A stretch of 64,000 nt of DNA from a virus (IMGVR_UViG_3300045988_151684:39994-103993), one strand, 5' to 3'; counted from the first letter of the stretch, positions 40,101-47,936 are shown. Numbers and translations: made by a program. The notes: generated by a model not told the origin, from the letters alone.

Positions 40101-41870
40101 AAAAGCCTGTGCCGAATCATGCCAGCTTTCACCACCGCCATTGCGAGCCATCGACGTTATATAAAAGTGCCGTCCATACTGGTTATAATAGTCACGGTCT
40201 AACAGTCTTAATTTCTGCTCAGTCAAATCAGTTAGATTAGGATTAGAAACTTCACCGCTTATAGTATAGTCTGCTGTCTGTGGAATATCTAAAGCTGGTG
40301 ACTGCGCTTTTTCATCAGCAAAATGCCCCATTGCACTATTTACATAGCCAGCTATGGATGGACCATTGCCCTGTGGCGCATCCCAAGGTCTGCCATTTTG
40401 GTCAGTAGCTTCTCCCTCAACCCAGCGCTGAGCATTGTTTGGACCGGAATACCATGCAACTAATGCCCCTTCTGGACCATACTCATCAAAATACTGTCCC
40501 ATTTTAAAACGTCCGACTTGACGGTACGCATCATCATCATCCATGCTTGCACCACCAAGACCAGCTTCTTTTGACCATGCATCCCAATTTTCCGGCTGAA
40601 TCTGATAAACACCACGCGCACCCGTAGATGATACCGCATCAGGATCACCGCCGCTTTCCTGCATTTCAATAGCGTTGAAAAATGCTTCTTTGTCGCTGCC
40701 GCCGTTATTAGCATTGCCACGTTGTACCGTAACTGTGCTTTCCGGAACATCAGCAATCTCTGTTTTATTGCCAGCAGTTTCTTCCATGCCATTAAATGGA
40801 TTATTAGGATTACTTTTAGCAGCTTCATTATTCATTCTATTAATTCTAGCTTTATAATCCCTATAAGCAGTATGGCCTGCGCCAAACAGACCTAATGGCA
40901 GGCTGCCCATAAAGGCAGCTCGTCCTGCCTGCTGTTCGTCCTCTGTTGGATTAAAGAACGTACCATACGGCTTGCCACTCCATTTATTTTGTGCCTGCTG
41001 TTGTGTCATTTCCTGAGCATACTCCGAGGCTGCCGAGCCCGGAATATTAACGCCATAGCCGGCAATCTTGCCTGCTCTGCCACCCCGTTTGAATATCGGC
41101 TTAAAGCCTTTACCTTCAAGGATAGGTCCCATAATACCCTGAGTAAGCATATCCATTGGCAGTTCTTCTTGTATCATGCTATTCATACGACGAGCAATTT
41201 CATCATCAGAAAGTCCCTCGTCTTTTAAATCAGCATACATATCGCCGGCATTAGTTGCTGCTTCCAGTGGTCCCGTACCTAAGGCCCATTTTGCTGCTGA
41301 AGCTCCTGCCTGCTGTCCTGCCTTTGACATAATAGCCTTGCCTATCTGCTTAGCTCCAGCACGGGCAGCCATTGAACCAATACCACGTGCAGCAAGTGCG
41401 CCAGCACCGCCAAATGGTGCTGCGGCACTAGCAGCCGCAAACGGAATAGCCGAACCTGCCATCTGACTAAAGTCAGCCAGCAGACCTCGTTTGTCTGTCA
41501 AATAATCAGCACTGGTTAATCTGTCAATTATACTCATATCCTGATATTTATCAAGCGTGCCAGATTCAGCAAAATTCTTAGCTGCTTTATCATTAAGATA
41601 TTCACCATTATTTATAAATGAATCGCCCCATTTACCGAGCGTACCCTCATCTGAATTGCGGATTGAATCAACATAAGAACTTTCCCGCCCTGCCTCGTCA
41701 AAACGTTTCAGTTGTGCTCCTATATAATCAAGCCCGCCACCAATTACGCTTTCGGCTCCGCCTGCTAAGTTATCCATTATGGTTGAAAACAATCCCTTTT
41801 CTTTTGGTGCAGCAGCTGATACGCCAGCTACTACAGGATTGCTTATTGCATGTTCTTTTAAAAATGACAT
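31071..41870 (-). CDS. giant polyvalent virion protein (3,599 aa) with lytic transglycosylase, M15 peptidase, SNF2-type helicase, N6-adenine DNA methyltransferase (DarB-like) and HExxH zincin-like modules
   Basis: SLT motif EMQESGG...GARGVYQIQ at about aa 400-430. M15 motifs SWHDSAQAFD and GGHLHFSD at about aa 580-640. Helicase Walker A GTGKT at about aa 1797, DESH at about aa 1883 and QCEGRIYRTG at about aa 2290. MTase motifs EPSAGHG and NPPY at about aa 2437-2503. HEVFH at about aa 2911. Confidence 0.8.
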   Translation of the reverse strand: MSFLKEHAISNPVVAGVSAAAPKEKGLFSTIMDNLAGGAESVIGGGLDYIGAQLKRFDEAGRESSYVDSIRNSDEGTLGKWGDSFINNGEYLNDKAAKNFAESGTLDKYQDMSIIDRLTSADYLTDKRGLLADFSQMAGSAIPFAAASAAAPFGGAGALAARGIGSMAARAGAKQIGKAIMSKAGQQAGASAAKWALGTGPLEAATNAGDMYADLKDEGLSDDEIARRMNSMIQEELPMDMLTQGIMGPILEGKGFKPIFKRGGRAGKIAGYGVNIPGSAASEYAQEMTQQQAQNKWSGKPYGTFFNPTEDEQQAGRAAFMGSLPLGLFGAGHTAYRDYKARINRMNNEAAKSNPNNPFNGMEETAGNKTEIADVPESTVTVQRGNANNGGSDKEAFFNAIEMQESGGDPDAVSSTGARGVYQIQPENWDAWSKEAGLGGASMDDDDAYRQVGRFKMGQYFDEYGPEGALVAWYSGPNNAQRWVEGEATDQNGRPWDAPQGNGPSIAGYVNSAMGHFADEKAQSPALDIPQTADYTISGEVSNPNLTDLTEQKLRLLDRDYYNQYGRHFYITSMARNGGGESWHDSAQAFDTADDFLEGNADARNWLIDKAKEYGLYGLDEYSNPSANATGGHLHFSDHGEALNGSGGSYNITVPGFNLSQYDLTPEQEKANMEAAQALISNNEVTPEQQQSVMEMATQLMNMPVSDDVNEDAAHAAAMQNAIDGGDIGAIFKMHPQETANAMMKTVMAAKAPSPRRAPATPKIDNINPQAPAQTRVSTNYGNRFAQTVDDITKLASQGKIAEAALVARSNGWNNTMVNLLTQGVNASAGNIQNAIMNGIQLDVPNAFPALPDGQGLAGNIKNNQQHISIANLEELASIANNNPQYAAAQATQQNLPTTASAIMQSAMNGQPIDGNVLDSTIQQDLNNNQQQANANRQAIDARMQKAGLAINPATPNAGIIVPNGAPAETPDIVIPDTPKRKAPTVNTNDPMARLNDSPVFRQAKAKSDIGAMANEADAMGFHKEAEQIRNSQYGNVPSRFDYKKRLSEVKKMSRADRIELGKELLNELKAKNISVNDNLRNDLEHGVPKAIVNAEKKLANAETNDEAEQEIKPAEEATPAIAKNEAAENVTEQDKQEVKAEKSAKEDTVLKGVSGIYESDIKDYIDRGYNIESYRGHLENGKPVYNLDFETSDDKARFVKDFYGESKEIDTDTSEPDYAKELAEEQEKKAGAEPAEEGNEKATNENEHRTYSYKEKEEIREGFNQKGSKIIKAYRAKSITYEEAIERLAKLEKEIEDTDDNVFNPDLYPYSRAGVLADSVLIRKHLLERIHEEEQDSNTSAKPSNSKAKKKGTERAGTDGNETVAEGNGGEVSSEHTQGTETVQSEPVVKDEKPKEEKKHRIFSTQEEAEKELEKALGIRPVKKKAEEKPAKAESKDESDGNKPKDIDPKKFAGVDISEEAETKLVAELKQALEKSRNRLNSLPVFDPDILAPAFKLGRLYVARGAKGFTEFAKTMIDTLGDDIRGWLHPVWSMLESADGKVDESQMIPAFNYVGSVMEKNPKAGFEDIRNEFAKKYGEDNAKDFEPLLKLGFIGADNVINNPKEVTDSELYDSTNKPAERNSAGDNQDAVGSVHEDGESRTGRGQSVQSSGKEVRSQRSGGVHGRSTDTSGKTGNSRVQSEETKQSAGNDSTGAEHLSRSIRDSFDRPPVDDGRSAESIKSAENRPVNESSKRGAINGAKVDKKNFKTGSKKQIEASMPFLMKGQVDDVVKADNRLFSTDKNGKPYKGMMFTNGTGTGKTFTGLGVIKRFVQRGKKNILIIAPQDKTQNDWINAGKGFFGLDISKLKSTKDKGEGIVITSYQNVGENNALLERDWDLIVTDESHKLMQGEQANNTNALNKVRAMTYHNRGFNDYYEAKNYDNVMQERSLNSRAGASDFTASDRQQLADLHVKNERIRHKLKAEYEAMQAEDAKGANDRHKVLFLSATPFAYIKNIEYAEGYLFDYPAKEKHGYYNDTDGQEQFMIDHFGYRMRNNKLNKPDAEVNQDIMEIKFNEWLKSIGAVSSRKLEVKPDYERGYILVDGGVGKQIDRGLDILHGNDEKGDRDKYSLIAKMVDEKLKKNGRRYLLEAVKAKAAIPIIKEYLKAGKQVVVFHDFKKNEAANPFMLISDDFAELDPSDQAKAHKQYEDFCAENPELLKLDMKDLMSPIERFQSELGKTVGIFNGDVKKSLRQDSVDKFNDDEDDLRVLLCQRASAKEGISLHDRTGKHQRVLIDLGLATRPTDLIQCEGRIYRTGVVTNAIIRYLNTGMNFERQAFADTIAGRSSTAENLSMGYEARNLRDAIVNGFMESIDGDTWKRYLPNSKTEGTGGKARDGKAMSGVSQFDEAVSDYFTNAKKNSRNKSSEGVDYYPTPEPVGFKMVEWLGLKNGNKALEPSAGHGAISRYFSATTRNTIIEPSEQLATLAKMRLKGGTTSRVETTTFEQFAKANKFDGIAMNPPYGKGGKTAMEHLAKAFEHLYDGGRVIAIVPDGPAFNKRFDEWYGNNEAKHALLINTIRLPQCTFKRAGTSVATKILVIDKYLTDEDMKQAQGGNEVDLRGIENIKDLFSRIKNMTMPERIGADIKNHFTNTVNKKSINNSYMALVDDVKLMNDDRLYAIAFDYQGRRNVKFGGYGFATESLRNKFERTANKYLAEKANNPNAKVPTTESKPAENTESEQYFTLGTHEDTRPNVDKLYSTARPTEYLSDKYRSISNLAKEHNGHYSKYANNSFIFENENDRNEFVKEANALLAESNYSISPADNVKEQISEQAKAQAMGRLRTEIAEALPTAKNIRDDGSSLYFTMFNKAEVEIQIADELNVDNGDADKARKAHGLEAGVKIKVNGKEYTVGSKAVIQLALNGDEGSVYHEVFHAVWDMVLTDKEKSAIIKAYKEDARKAGKDVIEYAADRYRDWFLARNKGVTKDPNGNSFKFGKLWKKFREMVDKLRSIIAKTEEVNRIFKDIESGKVWERELDNALKVTDNDIKQMKQELAGKLKPDMTDDELDQAFLGTKIVRELRSKFNFDMNGFPKEAYEYSRRFNRLGEEFERYVSDNRQNNVKNRAIKDGGTPARYDKRTPDNADRRSEVEVEKGYTGGVRELNARNQQPEKNVSYEVQSVLYLNDVKAIHDYEYDNNKLSVSRSDKDGFSSTQKYSISEMQTETEPAGSLNRIKRSMSELGKIATEKNVEIRKKKERDIDNLNMLDMWVKTVRQVSKKNNAVKYFYNLARKAYDEQEKLRAHYGEAMKRFNQYTKDKKDLDDVSQALLQGDMEGKEYKVKDLKEMGLSDNAIRAYKLVRLRLGSAYKLINDARMQVIERNKILHRSQLDDFKKAHFLKDSDILSIINKGNGKILVTYRGAKIYEHTGEMVSPEALSKLKADKDVCVIDFEPVTDDLGTTLWRVDYTERPKPLTKLTGYVPHFFHKFMVYQKYTNEDGEEILVTRGSGRSLKEAAKLANGYAKENPDSEYVIRAQGFEYDEEYNNVVVGDRDFARMTSQIHKNTDMSLNEARKFLRESAGAKIKGRHRFFGNMKKRKAPRGLKKMCRGCWSITSMHPHVM

Positions 41871-41891
41871 TTGTTTCCTCCAATATAAGAA

Positions 41892-43682
41892 TTAATCACC
41901 ATATCGGTTTCTCATGTCTTGAATAATAGCAGGATCTATACGTGCCAAAAGCTCGTCATTGCCTGTTTTTATATCATCCCAATAAATTTTGGTATTTGGA
42001 TTTGCTGGATCCCGATTATATTCTCTTAAAAAATTCCCTAGATACTGCAATTCATTATCCTCCCAAGCATTATCATCTTCATCATGCCCAGGAATACCAA
42101 TAGCTTTTTCTTTAAACCCATTAAAATCTATATCGCCACTAAGATATTGCTGTATATACTGGTCATATTTGGCTTTATGACCTTCTTCCTTAGCTGTTGC
42201 TGCTGATGATTTAGCACCTCTTTGGTACTTTCCACTTGCTAAATCTTCGGCGTGCCATTTATCTCTTGCTTGTATATCCTCAGCCTTACGTTTATTTGCT
42301 GCCTGCTCTTTCATAACCGCCGTCTGATAACCAAAATTCTGACCGCGGGCCGTAAGATTCCCCTTCATTTTATCCGTTGGACTTATTGCTTTGTTGAATG
42401 TCTGCGTACTGCCAGCACCATAACCGCTCGGGTCATAATAAGAAACATACTTCTTATCACCTGTATCAGTTTCATGCATAGTGTAATTACGCTTTGTTTT
42501 ATCAAAAGCATTGATAATGTCTTTCGGATCAGCGCCGGATGCTACCAGCATAGCCAGCATACTTCCAGCTTGAGGATTGCTTGCCAGGCTTTCAATGAAT
42601 TTACCCTGTAGCATTTTCTTAGTCTTTTCTGCTTCCTGCTTATCCATCTTGGCCAACGCCGCCTCAACCTGATTTTGTGGCAACCCCTGGTTAATCAAAG
42701 CACGGCGCAAATTATCCCGATAATCCGGTGAAGCTTTTTCGCTAGCAATATCTTTCATAGCCAGTTGCTTGGCTGTTGCGTCTAACACAGTGTTGTAATC
42801 TGCACCCTTGCCATAGACATCGTATATATCCTGCATGGTAATAGTATCTGGATTACTATAGGCTTGTTTTGCAGCATCCTGAACATCCTTAACACTGAAC
42901 GTATAAGGATTAGTATTGGCAGCATTATTTCCCGCCGGAAGCTGATTTTGTGCTGCTCCGTTTTGTCTTATTGGCTGTGCTCCAGCTAATTCATTAGCTA
43001 CTTCCTGTAATGTCTGTGGCGATGCATTGCCATTTCTGTACAGCTCACTTATTTCTGCTTTGGTAGGCGCATAGTTAAACGGCTTTAGTCCTAATGCTGC
43101 CTGAGCTATTTCTTCTTTGGTGGGTGGCTTCTTATATGATATATCCAGCTCATTTTTTGGCATTTGATAATTGCCAAATCTGTAATTTGGTGACATTTCC
43201 GCCTCAGCAGCAGCCTTGGCAGCAGCTAAACTGTTGACATTCCCCCCTACTTTTGACATATCTATATGCTTTCTGTCACCAATCTTACGGAACTCATCGG
43301 CCATAGTATGTGCCGTATTTTGTATATCACGGAATTTTTTTACATCATCGGAATCTTCACCGTAACCATTATTAAGTAAATATTGTGCATCATTCTGTGC
43401 CTGCCACCAGCGACGTTTAGCATTTAATAAACCTTGCTGTGGTGTAAGACCTACATAATCACCCGCATTAGACTGATTCTTTAATGCCTCTGCTGCTTCT
43501 GCTCTATGCTGATCAGCATACTTATCAAGCATATCCTGCTGATACCTCTTGATAGCGTCACCAGCTTTATCTATGCCACGCTGATTATAATTTTGTGCCC
43601 AGGCATTACCTAGTGCTGCCCCTAAAGCACTGCCAAGCTCCGGTGAAAAAACATCATCTCTTATATCACTCCACCAGCCCAT
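41892..43682 (-). CDS. internal virion / ejection protein (hypothetical)
   Basis: 596-aa ORF overlapping the giant ORF start region. Confidence 0.35.
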   Translation of the reverse strand: MGWWSDIRDDVFSPELGSALGAALGNAWAQNYNQRGIDKAGDAIKRYQQDMLDKYADQHRAEAAEALKNQSNAGDYVGLTPQQGLLNAKRRWWQAQNDAQYLLNNGYGEDSDDVKKFRDIQNTAHTMADEFRKIGDRKHIDMSKVGGNVNSLAAAKAAAEAEMSPNYRFGNYQMPKNELDISYKKPPTKEEIAQAALGLKPFNYAPTKAEISELYRNGNASPQTLQEVANELAGAQPIRQNGAAQNQLPAGNNAANTNPYTFSVKDVQDAAKQAYSNPDTITMQDIYDVYGKGADYNTVLDATAKQLAMKDIASEKASPDYRDNLRRALINQGLPQNQVEAALAKMDKQEAEKTKKMLQGKFIESLASNPQAGSMLAMLVASGADPKDIINAFDKTKRNYTMHETDTGDKKYVSYYDPSGYGAGSTQTFNKAISPTDKMKGNLTARGQNFGYQTAVMKEQAANKRKAEDIQARDKWHAEDLASGKYQRGAKSSAATAKEEGHKAKYDQYIQQYLSGDIDFNGFKEKAIGIPGHDEDDNAWEDNELQYLGNFLREYNRDPANPNTKIYWDDIKTGNDELLARIDPAIIQDMRNRYGD

Positions 43683-45190
43683 TAATCATCACCCCATATC
43701 TCGCTGCTGCCACCATTGGCAATGAAGCCATCCGCAATGTAGTTGTTTGCGCCGTCAACCTGCAAATCATAGACCCTGCGTTCACCGCTATAGACAACAC
43801 TTTGAACTTTGCCAACATTTTTAAGCTCTGTACCAATCGTAAGGTAACTTAGCATTACATACTCGCCATCAGGCTTCATAAAGCTCTGTGTAAGTGTGGT
43901 ACTCGTATGACCGTCTTTTGCAATGACACAATAAACGTCATTGTATCTAGGTTCCATAGTCTTTACTACCTTAGCAGTAGTGCCATCAGCCGTCATGACT
44001 TCATCACCTGCATGAACATGCTTAATATCCCGCTTACTGCCATCAGCCATGTCAATCATAGTTCCCTCCGGGAAACAAGCCCAGCCCATAGCAGCACCAC
44101 CTACAGCTGACCCTAGCAAGTTGCCAAAGAAACTGCCGCCTGATGTATGCTGATTTTGTGTTGATGTACTAGTTCCTTTTCCGGCAGCTGCGGCCAACGC
44201 TCCAGTATTGGCACCATTGAGACCAAGCGAAGTCTGCCACAAATTCATTGCTGGCGTCTGCGCTGCTTCCTGCGCTGTTGCCGCTGCCGTAATAGGTGAT
44301 GTAGCTGAATCAATAAGATTGCCATACAAACCTTGGTTAGCACTGTTATTGCCCTGCGTATTGCTTAGCTGCTGCTGCGTTATGGCTCCTGCCTGGCCAA
44401 GAGCACCACTATTAACACCGTACTGCCGGCTTATAATATCACCTAAGCTGTTCGTTGCATTGTTAGTATTTTGATTTTGCTGCTGGGCAAGATTGGCTGC
44501 CTGATTAATATTGTTTTGATACTGTGATGCCACACTGTCGCTGGCATTTTTCTCAATGTCATTAAGTGCACTCGATGTTACGGACGAATTTAGTACGCCT
44601 CGATTGCCTAAATTGTTAATCGCTTTGCCAACCGTATTATTAACCGCTGAGTTGATACTTTTTTCCATATTCTGCTGATATGCAGAAGGCAAATTGCCAT
44701 TTTCTAAGCTGCTAAGCGTACTATTTGCTTTATTTGCCGAATCAACATAGCTTCCCGCAAGATTTCCATACTGATTTGATGTACTATTAGCCAGTTTATA
44801 ATTCTGATTTACTAAATCACCAAGCGTGCCGTTAGCGTTGTTAGTTGCTGAATTATTACTGCCAATAAGCCCTGCCAGCCCATTTGTCGCATTGCCTATC
44901 TGATTTTGTGCATTTTTGTTCATGGCGTTATAGTCGACCTGAACCGTACCTAGAGAATCTCTAAGCAAATTCATAGCATAATCATTAAGCGTTATGGCAT
45001 TTGGCATAACAGCATCAATATATTTGCCCTGCTGCTTCATCAGATACTTTTCTTCCTCTGATGGAGTATAGGTACTGGTATTAGTAACGGTTGTCGAATG
45101 TCCTTTGAAGTAGCAACGATGGAAATATTTTCTGTATACTTCGCTGTGTAAATTATCTTGCGGTCTATCAAACCACATCTGCTGAAACAT
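43682..45190 (-). CDS. N/Q-rich protein with a C-terminal Hint (hedgehog/intein-like) autoprocessing domain
   Basis: Hint block A CFPEGTMIDMADGSKRDIKHVHAGDEVMTADG and block B-like TLTQSFMKPDGEYVML, after about 300 aa of N/Q/S/G-rich low complexity. Confidence 0.5.
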   Translation of the reverse strand: MFQQMWFDRPQDNLHSEVYRKYFHRCYFKGHSTTVTNTSTYTPSEEEKYLMKQQGKYIDAVMPNAITLNDYAMNLLRDSLGTVQVDYNAMNKNAQNQIGNATNGLAGLIGSNNSATNNANGTLGDLVNQNYKLANSTSNQYGNLAGSYVDSANKANSTLSSLENGNLPSAYQQNMEKSINSAVNNTVGKAINNLGNRGVLNSSVTSSALNDIEKNASDSVASQYQNNINQAANLAQQQNQNTNNATNSLGDIISRQYGVNSGALGQAGAITQQQLSNTQGNNSANQGLYGNLIDSATSPITAAATAQEAAQTPAMNLWQTSLGLNGANTGALAAAAGKGTSTSTQNQHTSGGSFFGNLLGSAVGGAAMGWACFPEGTMIDMADGSKRDIKHVHAGDEVMTADGTTAKVVKTMEPRYNDVYCVIAKDGHTSTTLTQSFMKPDGEYVMLSYLTIGTELKNVGKVQSVVYSGERRVYDLQVDGANNYIADGFIANGGSSEIWGDD

Positions 45191-45202
45191 TTCTGCACCC
45201 CC

Positions 45203-45622
45203 TTATATGTCCCATGTAATATAAAAGGCCTGCCTGCCATCATCCTTATATTTGAATGCTGGCGAAGCATAGCCCATCTTCTTTGTAGTTTTATTTATTG
45301 CCTGATATCTAGTCGCACCATCTTTCAGTAACTCTTTTTTTACTACTTTATAGCCAAACAATCTGAAATATGCTGGTGGATTACAGCGGATATTTATAGT
45401 ACCACCGTGATGTATACCTGCTTTTTCCGCCGCCTTATCTACGGCATTTTTCCAATAGCGTGCATCACCGCCAAGCTGTCCAATAAATGCCATGCGTTTT
45501 GTCATAAGAACCTCACAGAATCCTTTATCTTCTTTAAAGAAAAGCGCATACCTATTGTCACGCTGAAACTTATCATGCAGATTCTTTCTGTTGTAAAAAT
45601 CTATCCATTCATCCAGTGTCAT
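45203..45622 (-). CDS. hypothetical protein
   Basis: 139-aa ORF in an operon. Confidence 0.3.
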   Translation of the reverse strand: MTLDEWIDFYNRKNLHDKFQRDNRYALFFKEDKGFCEVLMTKRMAFIGQLGGDARYWKNAVDKAAEKAGIHHGGTINIRCNPPAYFRLFGYKVVKKELLKDGATRYQAINKTTKKMGYASPAFKYKDDGRQAFYITWDI

Positions 45623-46977
45623 AAGTCAGCCACCTCAACAATAACATGCTTCGGGGAGAACGGCGTGCTGCTAGATAGTTCAAGCGTCATTTTCGATGTC
45701 GTATGATTGCACCGTATCTTGCGCCGGTCATTTGCCGGCATATCGACTTCGATGTTATCAAGCTTTAAGTGCAGCTTGCCAGCGCTTGGAGCGTCAGCGT
45801 CTGTATCGACTGCTCTTGTGATTATCTTTTCTGTGCTGACTGTATCCTTAAATTTCATACGGAAAAGTATTGGCTTCCCATTATCATCACCAATAGTATC
45901 AGATAATTCGTAAAGGCCACTGCCACTTGCCACGATAACCTTATCCAATGTTTCCACAATATCAGTTACAGGAATAGCAAACTGCAAAGTAGTAGCGCTG
46001 CCCAAAGCATAGTTAAAAGCTATCATATAGTGCCAGTCTGCTGTCGGTCTAATAAGCAGCAGCTTCCTGCGCCTGAGATTAAAAAGTCTTGGCTCATACT
46101 GACCTTGTGTGACAAGCGCCGTGAACTTTTGTCCGATGTCACCCGTAGCAATATTCCCGTAATCCATAGTAGTAGCAAGCGTTCTAAGCCCGCCTCTGGT
46201 CACGAAAATCACGTCATTTCCGACCGGCATAGCACACTGACGACCGACTATATCCGTCTCAGTAGCTATACGATATACCGCCCATGAGCTTACATCAGCG
46301 TCGCCGGTCAACTGGTAAACCATGCCATTTGACTTGAAAATCATCAAATCCGTTGCCAACGGTGCTATTGCTATCACATCACCACTGTCACCATAGCCAA
46401 TATCTATCCACTGACCGCTAGAAGCGTCATTATCATCAGTAGTCCATGTTTCGCCGTCACCTGTAGCCGAATAAGTTATGCGGTCACTGCCGGTCATACA
46501 TACGCATAGCCGTGCAAAGCGCTGAAAGACTACATCGCATTTCGGCGATGATAGCACTGTCTTTATGCTCTCTTTAGTCGAATAATCATAGTATTGAAGA
46601 TAGTCGCCACTTGCTATCCACATTCTGTCTTGAAATTTTGCGCAGCTCGGACGCTTAGTACCCGTCAGACTGCCGATTTTCTCGGGTGCTTTATCTATAG
46701 TGACTACTCGATATATCCCGCCGTCTATGGTAAAAAGCAAAAAAGTGTTGGTATCGACATCATAAAAAAGCGATAGTATCTCTGTCTCAAGCGTAGAAAA
46801 CGGCTTAGACAAGCCACCACGGGGCGACAAAGACCGCTGAAATCCGACAAAAAGCAAATTTTGGCACTCTTGAAGCTCATTCTGCGCTATCATATCGCCG
46901 TCAGACATGACATTTATACCGCCTGTGAAGTCATTAAAAGCTATCTGAGTAGCTTGGTGCTTGCTTGTGCGGCGCAT
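45619..46977 (-). CDS. virion structural protein (hypothetical; possibly tail tube / nozzle-like)
   Basis: 452-aa ORF. Confidence 0.35.
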   Translation of the reverse strand: MRRTSKHQATQIAFNDFTGGINVMSDGDMIAQNELQECQNLLFVGFQRSLSPRGGLSKPFSTLETEILSLFYDVDTNTFLLFTIDGGIYRVVTIDKAPEKIGSLTGTKRPSCAKFQDRMWIASGDYLQYYDYSTKESIKTVLSSPKCDVVFQRFARLCVCMTGSDRITYSATGDGETWTTDDNDASSGQWIDIGYGDSGDVIAIAPLATDLMIFKSNGMVYQLTGDADVSSWAVYRIATETDIVGRQCAMPVGNDVIFVTRGGLRTLATTMDYGNIATGDIGQKFTALVTQGQYEPRLFNLRRRKLLLIRPTADWHYMIAFNYALGSATTLQFAIPVTDIVETLDKVIVASGSGLYELSDTIGDDNGKPILFRMKFKDTVSTEKIITRAVDTDADAPSAGKLHLKLDNIEVDMPANDRRKIRCNHTTSKMTLELSSSTPFSPKHVIVEVADL

Positions 46978-46992
46978 AAAATCACCACCTTT

Positions 46993-47229
46993 TTATGATA
47001 AAGTACCAGCTACCACATTTAAGGTAGCGTGGCTGCCAAGCGCCCTTGCGTACACGATACCGCTGCTTGAGTACGTCTTGGCACACCCACCGTGCAAGAT
47101 AAAGCCAGTATCTGCCTTGGCTGTATCACTTACTTCTATAGACTGCCCAGGCATGACATAAAAGACACCACTACTCTCTGCTATCTTTGTAAAATCACTC
47201 GATAACTTATACTGTGACATAAAATACAC
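46993..47229 (-). CDS. hypothetical protein
   Basis: 78-aa ORF. Confidence 0.3.
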   Translation of the reverse strand: MYFMSQYKLSSDFTKIAESSGVFYVMPGQSIEVSDTAKADTGFILHGGCAKTYSSSGIVYARALGSHATLNVVAGTLS

Positions 47230-47383
47230 CTCTCTTTTACACTAAAAAAGCACCTGCCCAAGCGCAAGTGCATATTTTTTCTTTGTATCTACTTTATAAA
47301 GCCACAAAATAGCTTACATTGATATTTTACTACTATATATAGCCTAAAAACTTTTAAAGCTCAAAAAAAAATAAAAAAAGACT

Positions 47384-47412
47384 TGACATTATATACTGAC
47401 TACAGTATACTT
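47384..47412 (+). promoter_or_regulatory. Consensus sigma70 promoter TTGACA-17-TATACT with an upstream A-tract
   Basis: Read directly. Drives the plus-strand moron cassette. Confidence 0.6.
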
Positions 47413-47444
47413 AAATTATCAAATACAGAAGGGAGTTGATAAGG

Positions 47445-47558
47445 TTGCCGACAAGAAGGGAACGGCAAGCACAAAAAAGAGCTGAGTTAATGCAAGAAAT
47501 TCAGACGGTTTGTGCTATTATCTCAACCATAATAGCAATTCTGTCATTCTTGCGATAA
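47445..47558 (+). CDS. small peptide with a basic N-terminus and a C-terminal TM segment (37 aa from the TTG start, or 22 aa from ATG 47490: MQEIQTVCAIISTIIAILSFLR)
   Basis: RBS GGGAG before the TTG start. Directly downstream of the promoter. Confidence 0.3.
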   Translation: MPTRRERQAQKRAELMQEIQTVCAIISTIIAILSFLR

Positions 47559-47636
47559 TCTCAGCTTGTGGCTTACAGGAGGGCGTTAATCTCCCTCTTG
47601 TAAGTAAATTATATCAAATTTGAGGAGGACAAAGCA

Positions 47637-47726
47637 ATGGAACAAAGGGCAAAATTACTTTTTTGGCTAACAATTATTAACATGTTCCTAATTATTGGTT
47701 TAGCAATCAAAATTTGGAGCAAATAA
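47637..47726 (+). CDS. small single-TM peptide (29 aa, MEQRAKLLFWLTIINMFLIIGLAIKIWSK)
   Basis: RBS GAGGAGG 8 nt before the ATG. Confidence 0.4.
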   Translation: MEQRAKLLFWLTIINMFLIIGLAIKIWSK

Positions 47727-47735
47727 GGTGATAAT

Positions 47736-47936
47736 ATGGGAAAAACCAAAGCGCAAATTCGTGCTACAGAAAAATTCAACAAGAACAACTATGAACGGCT
47801 TAGTTGCTCAATCCCTATTGGGGAGCGTGAAGTTATAAAAGGTTTTGCGCAAGAACATGGTTTGTCTCTTGCACAATATATACGACAAGCCTGCTACGAA
47901 AAAGCTGGTAAGAAAGCACCAGCGATGAAAAAATAA
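47736..47936 (+). CDS. ribbon-helix-helix (CopG/Arc-like) DNA-binding protein
   Basis: 66 aa. MGKTKAQIRATEKFNKNNYERLSCSIP fits an RHH fold. Confidence 0.4.
   Translation: MGKTKAQIRATEKFNKNNYERLSCSIPIGEREVIKGFAQEHGLSLAQYIRQACYEKAGKKAPAMKK

Noticed and set aside
31099-41466. Numerous plus-strand ORFs of 60-196 aa listed inside the giant minus-strand gene (for example 36289..36879, 37246..37719, 32677..33129)
   Set aside because: They are antisense to a continuous 3,599-aa frame with clear catalytic motifs. They are low-complexity, S/L/F-rich translations typical of the reverse strand of an A/K/E-rich gene.
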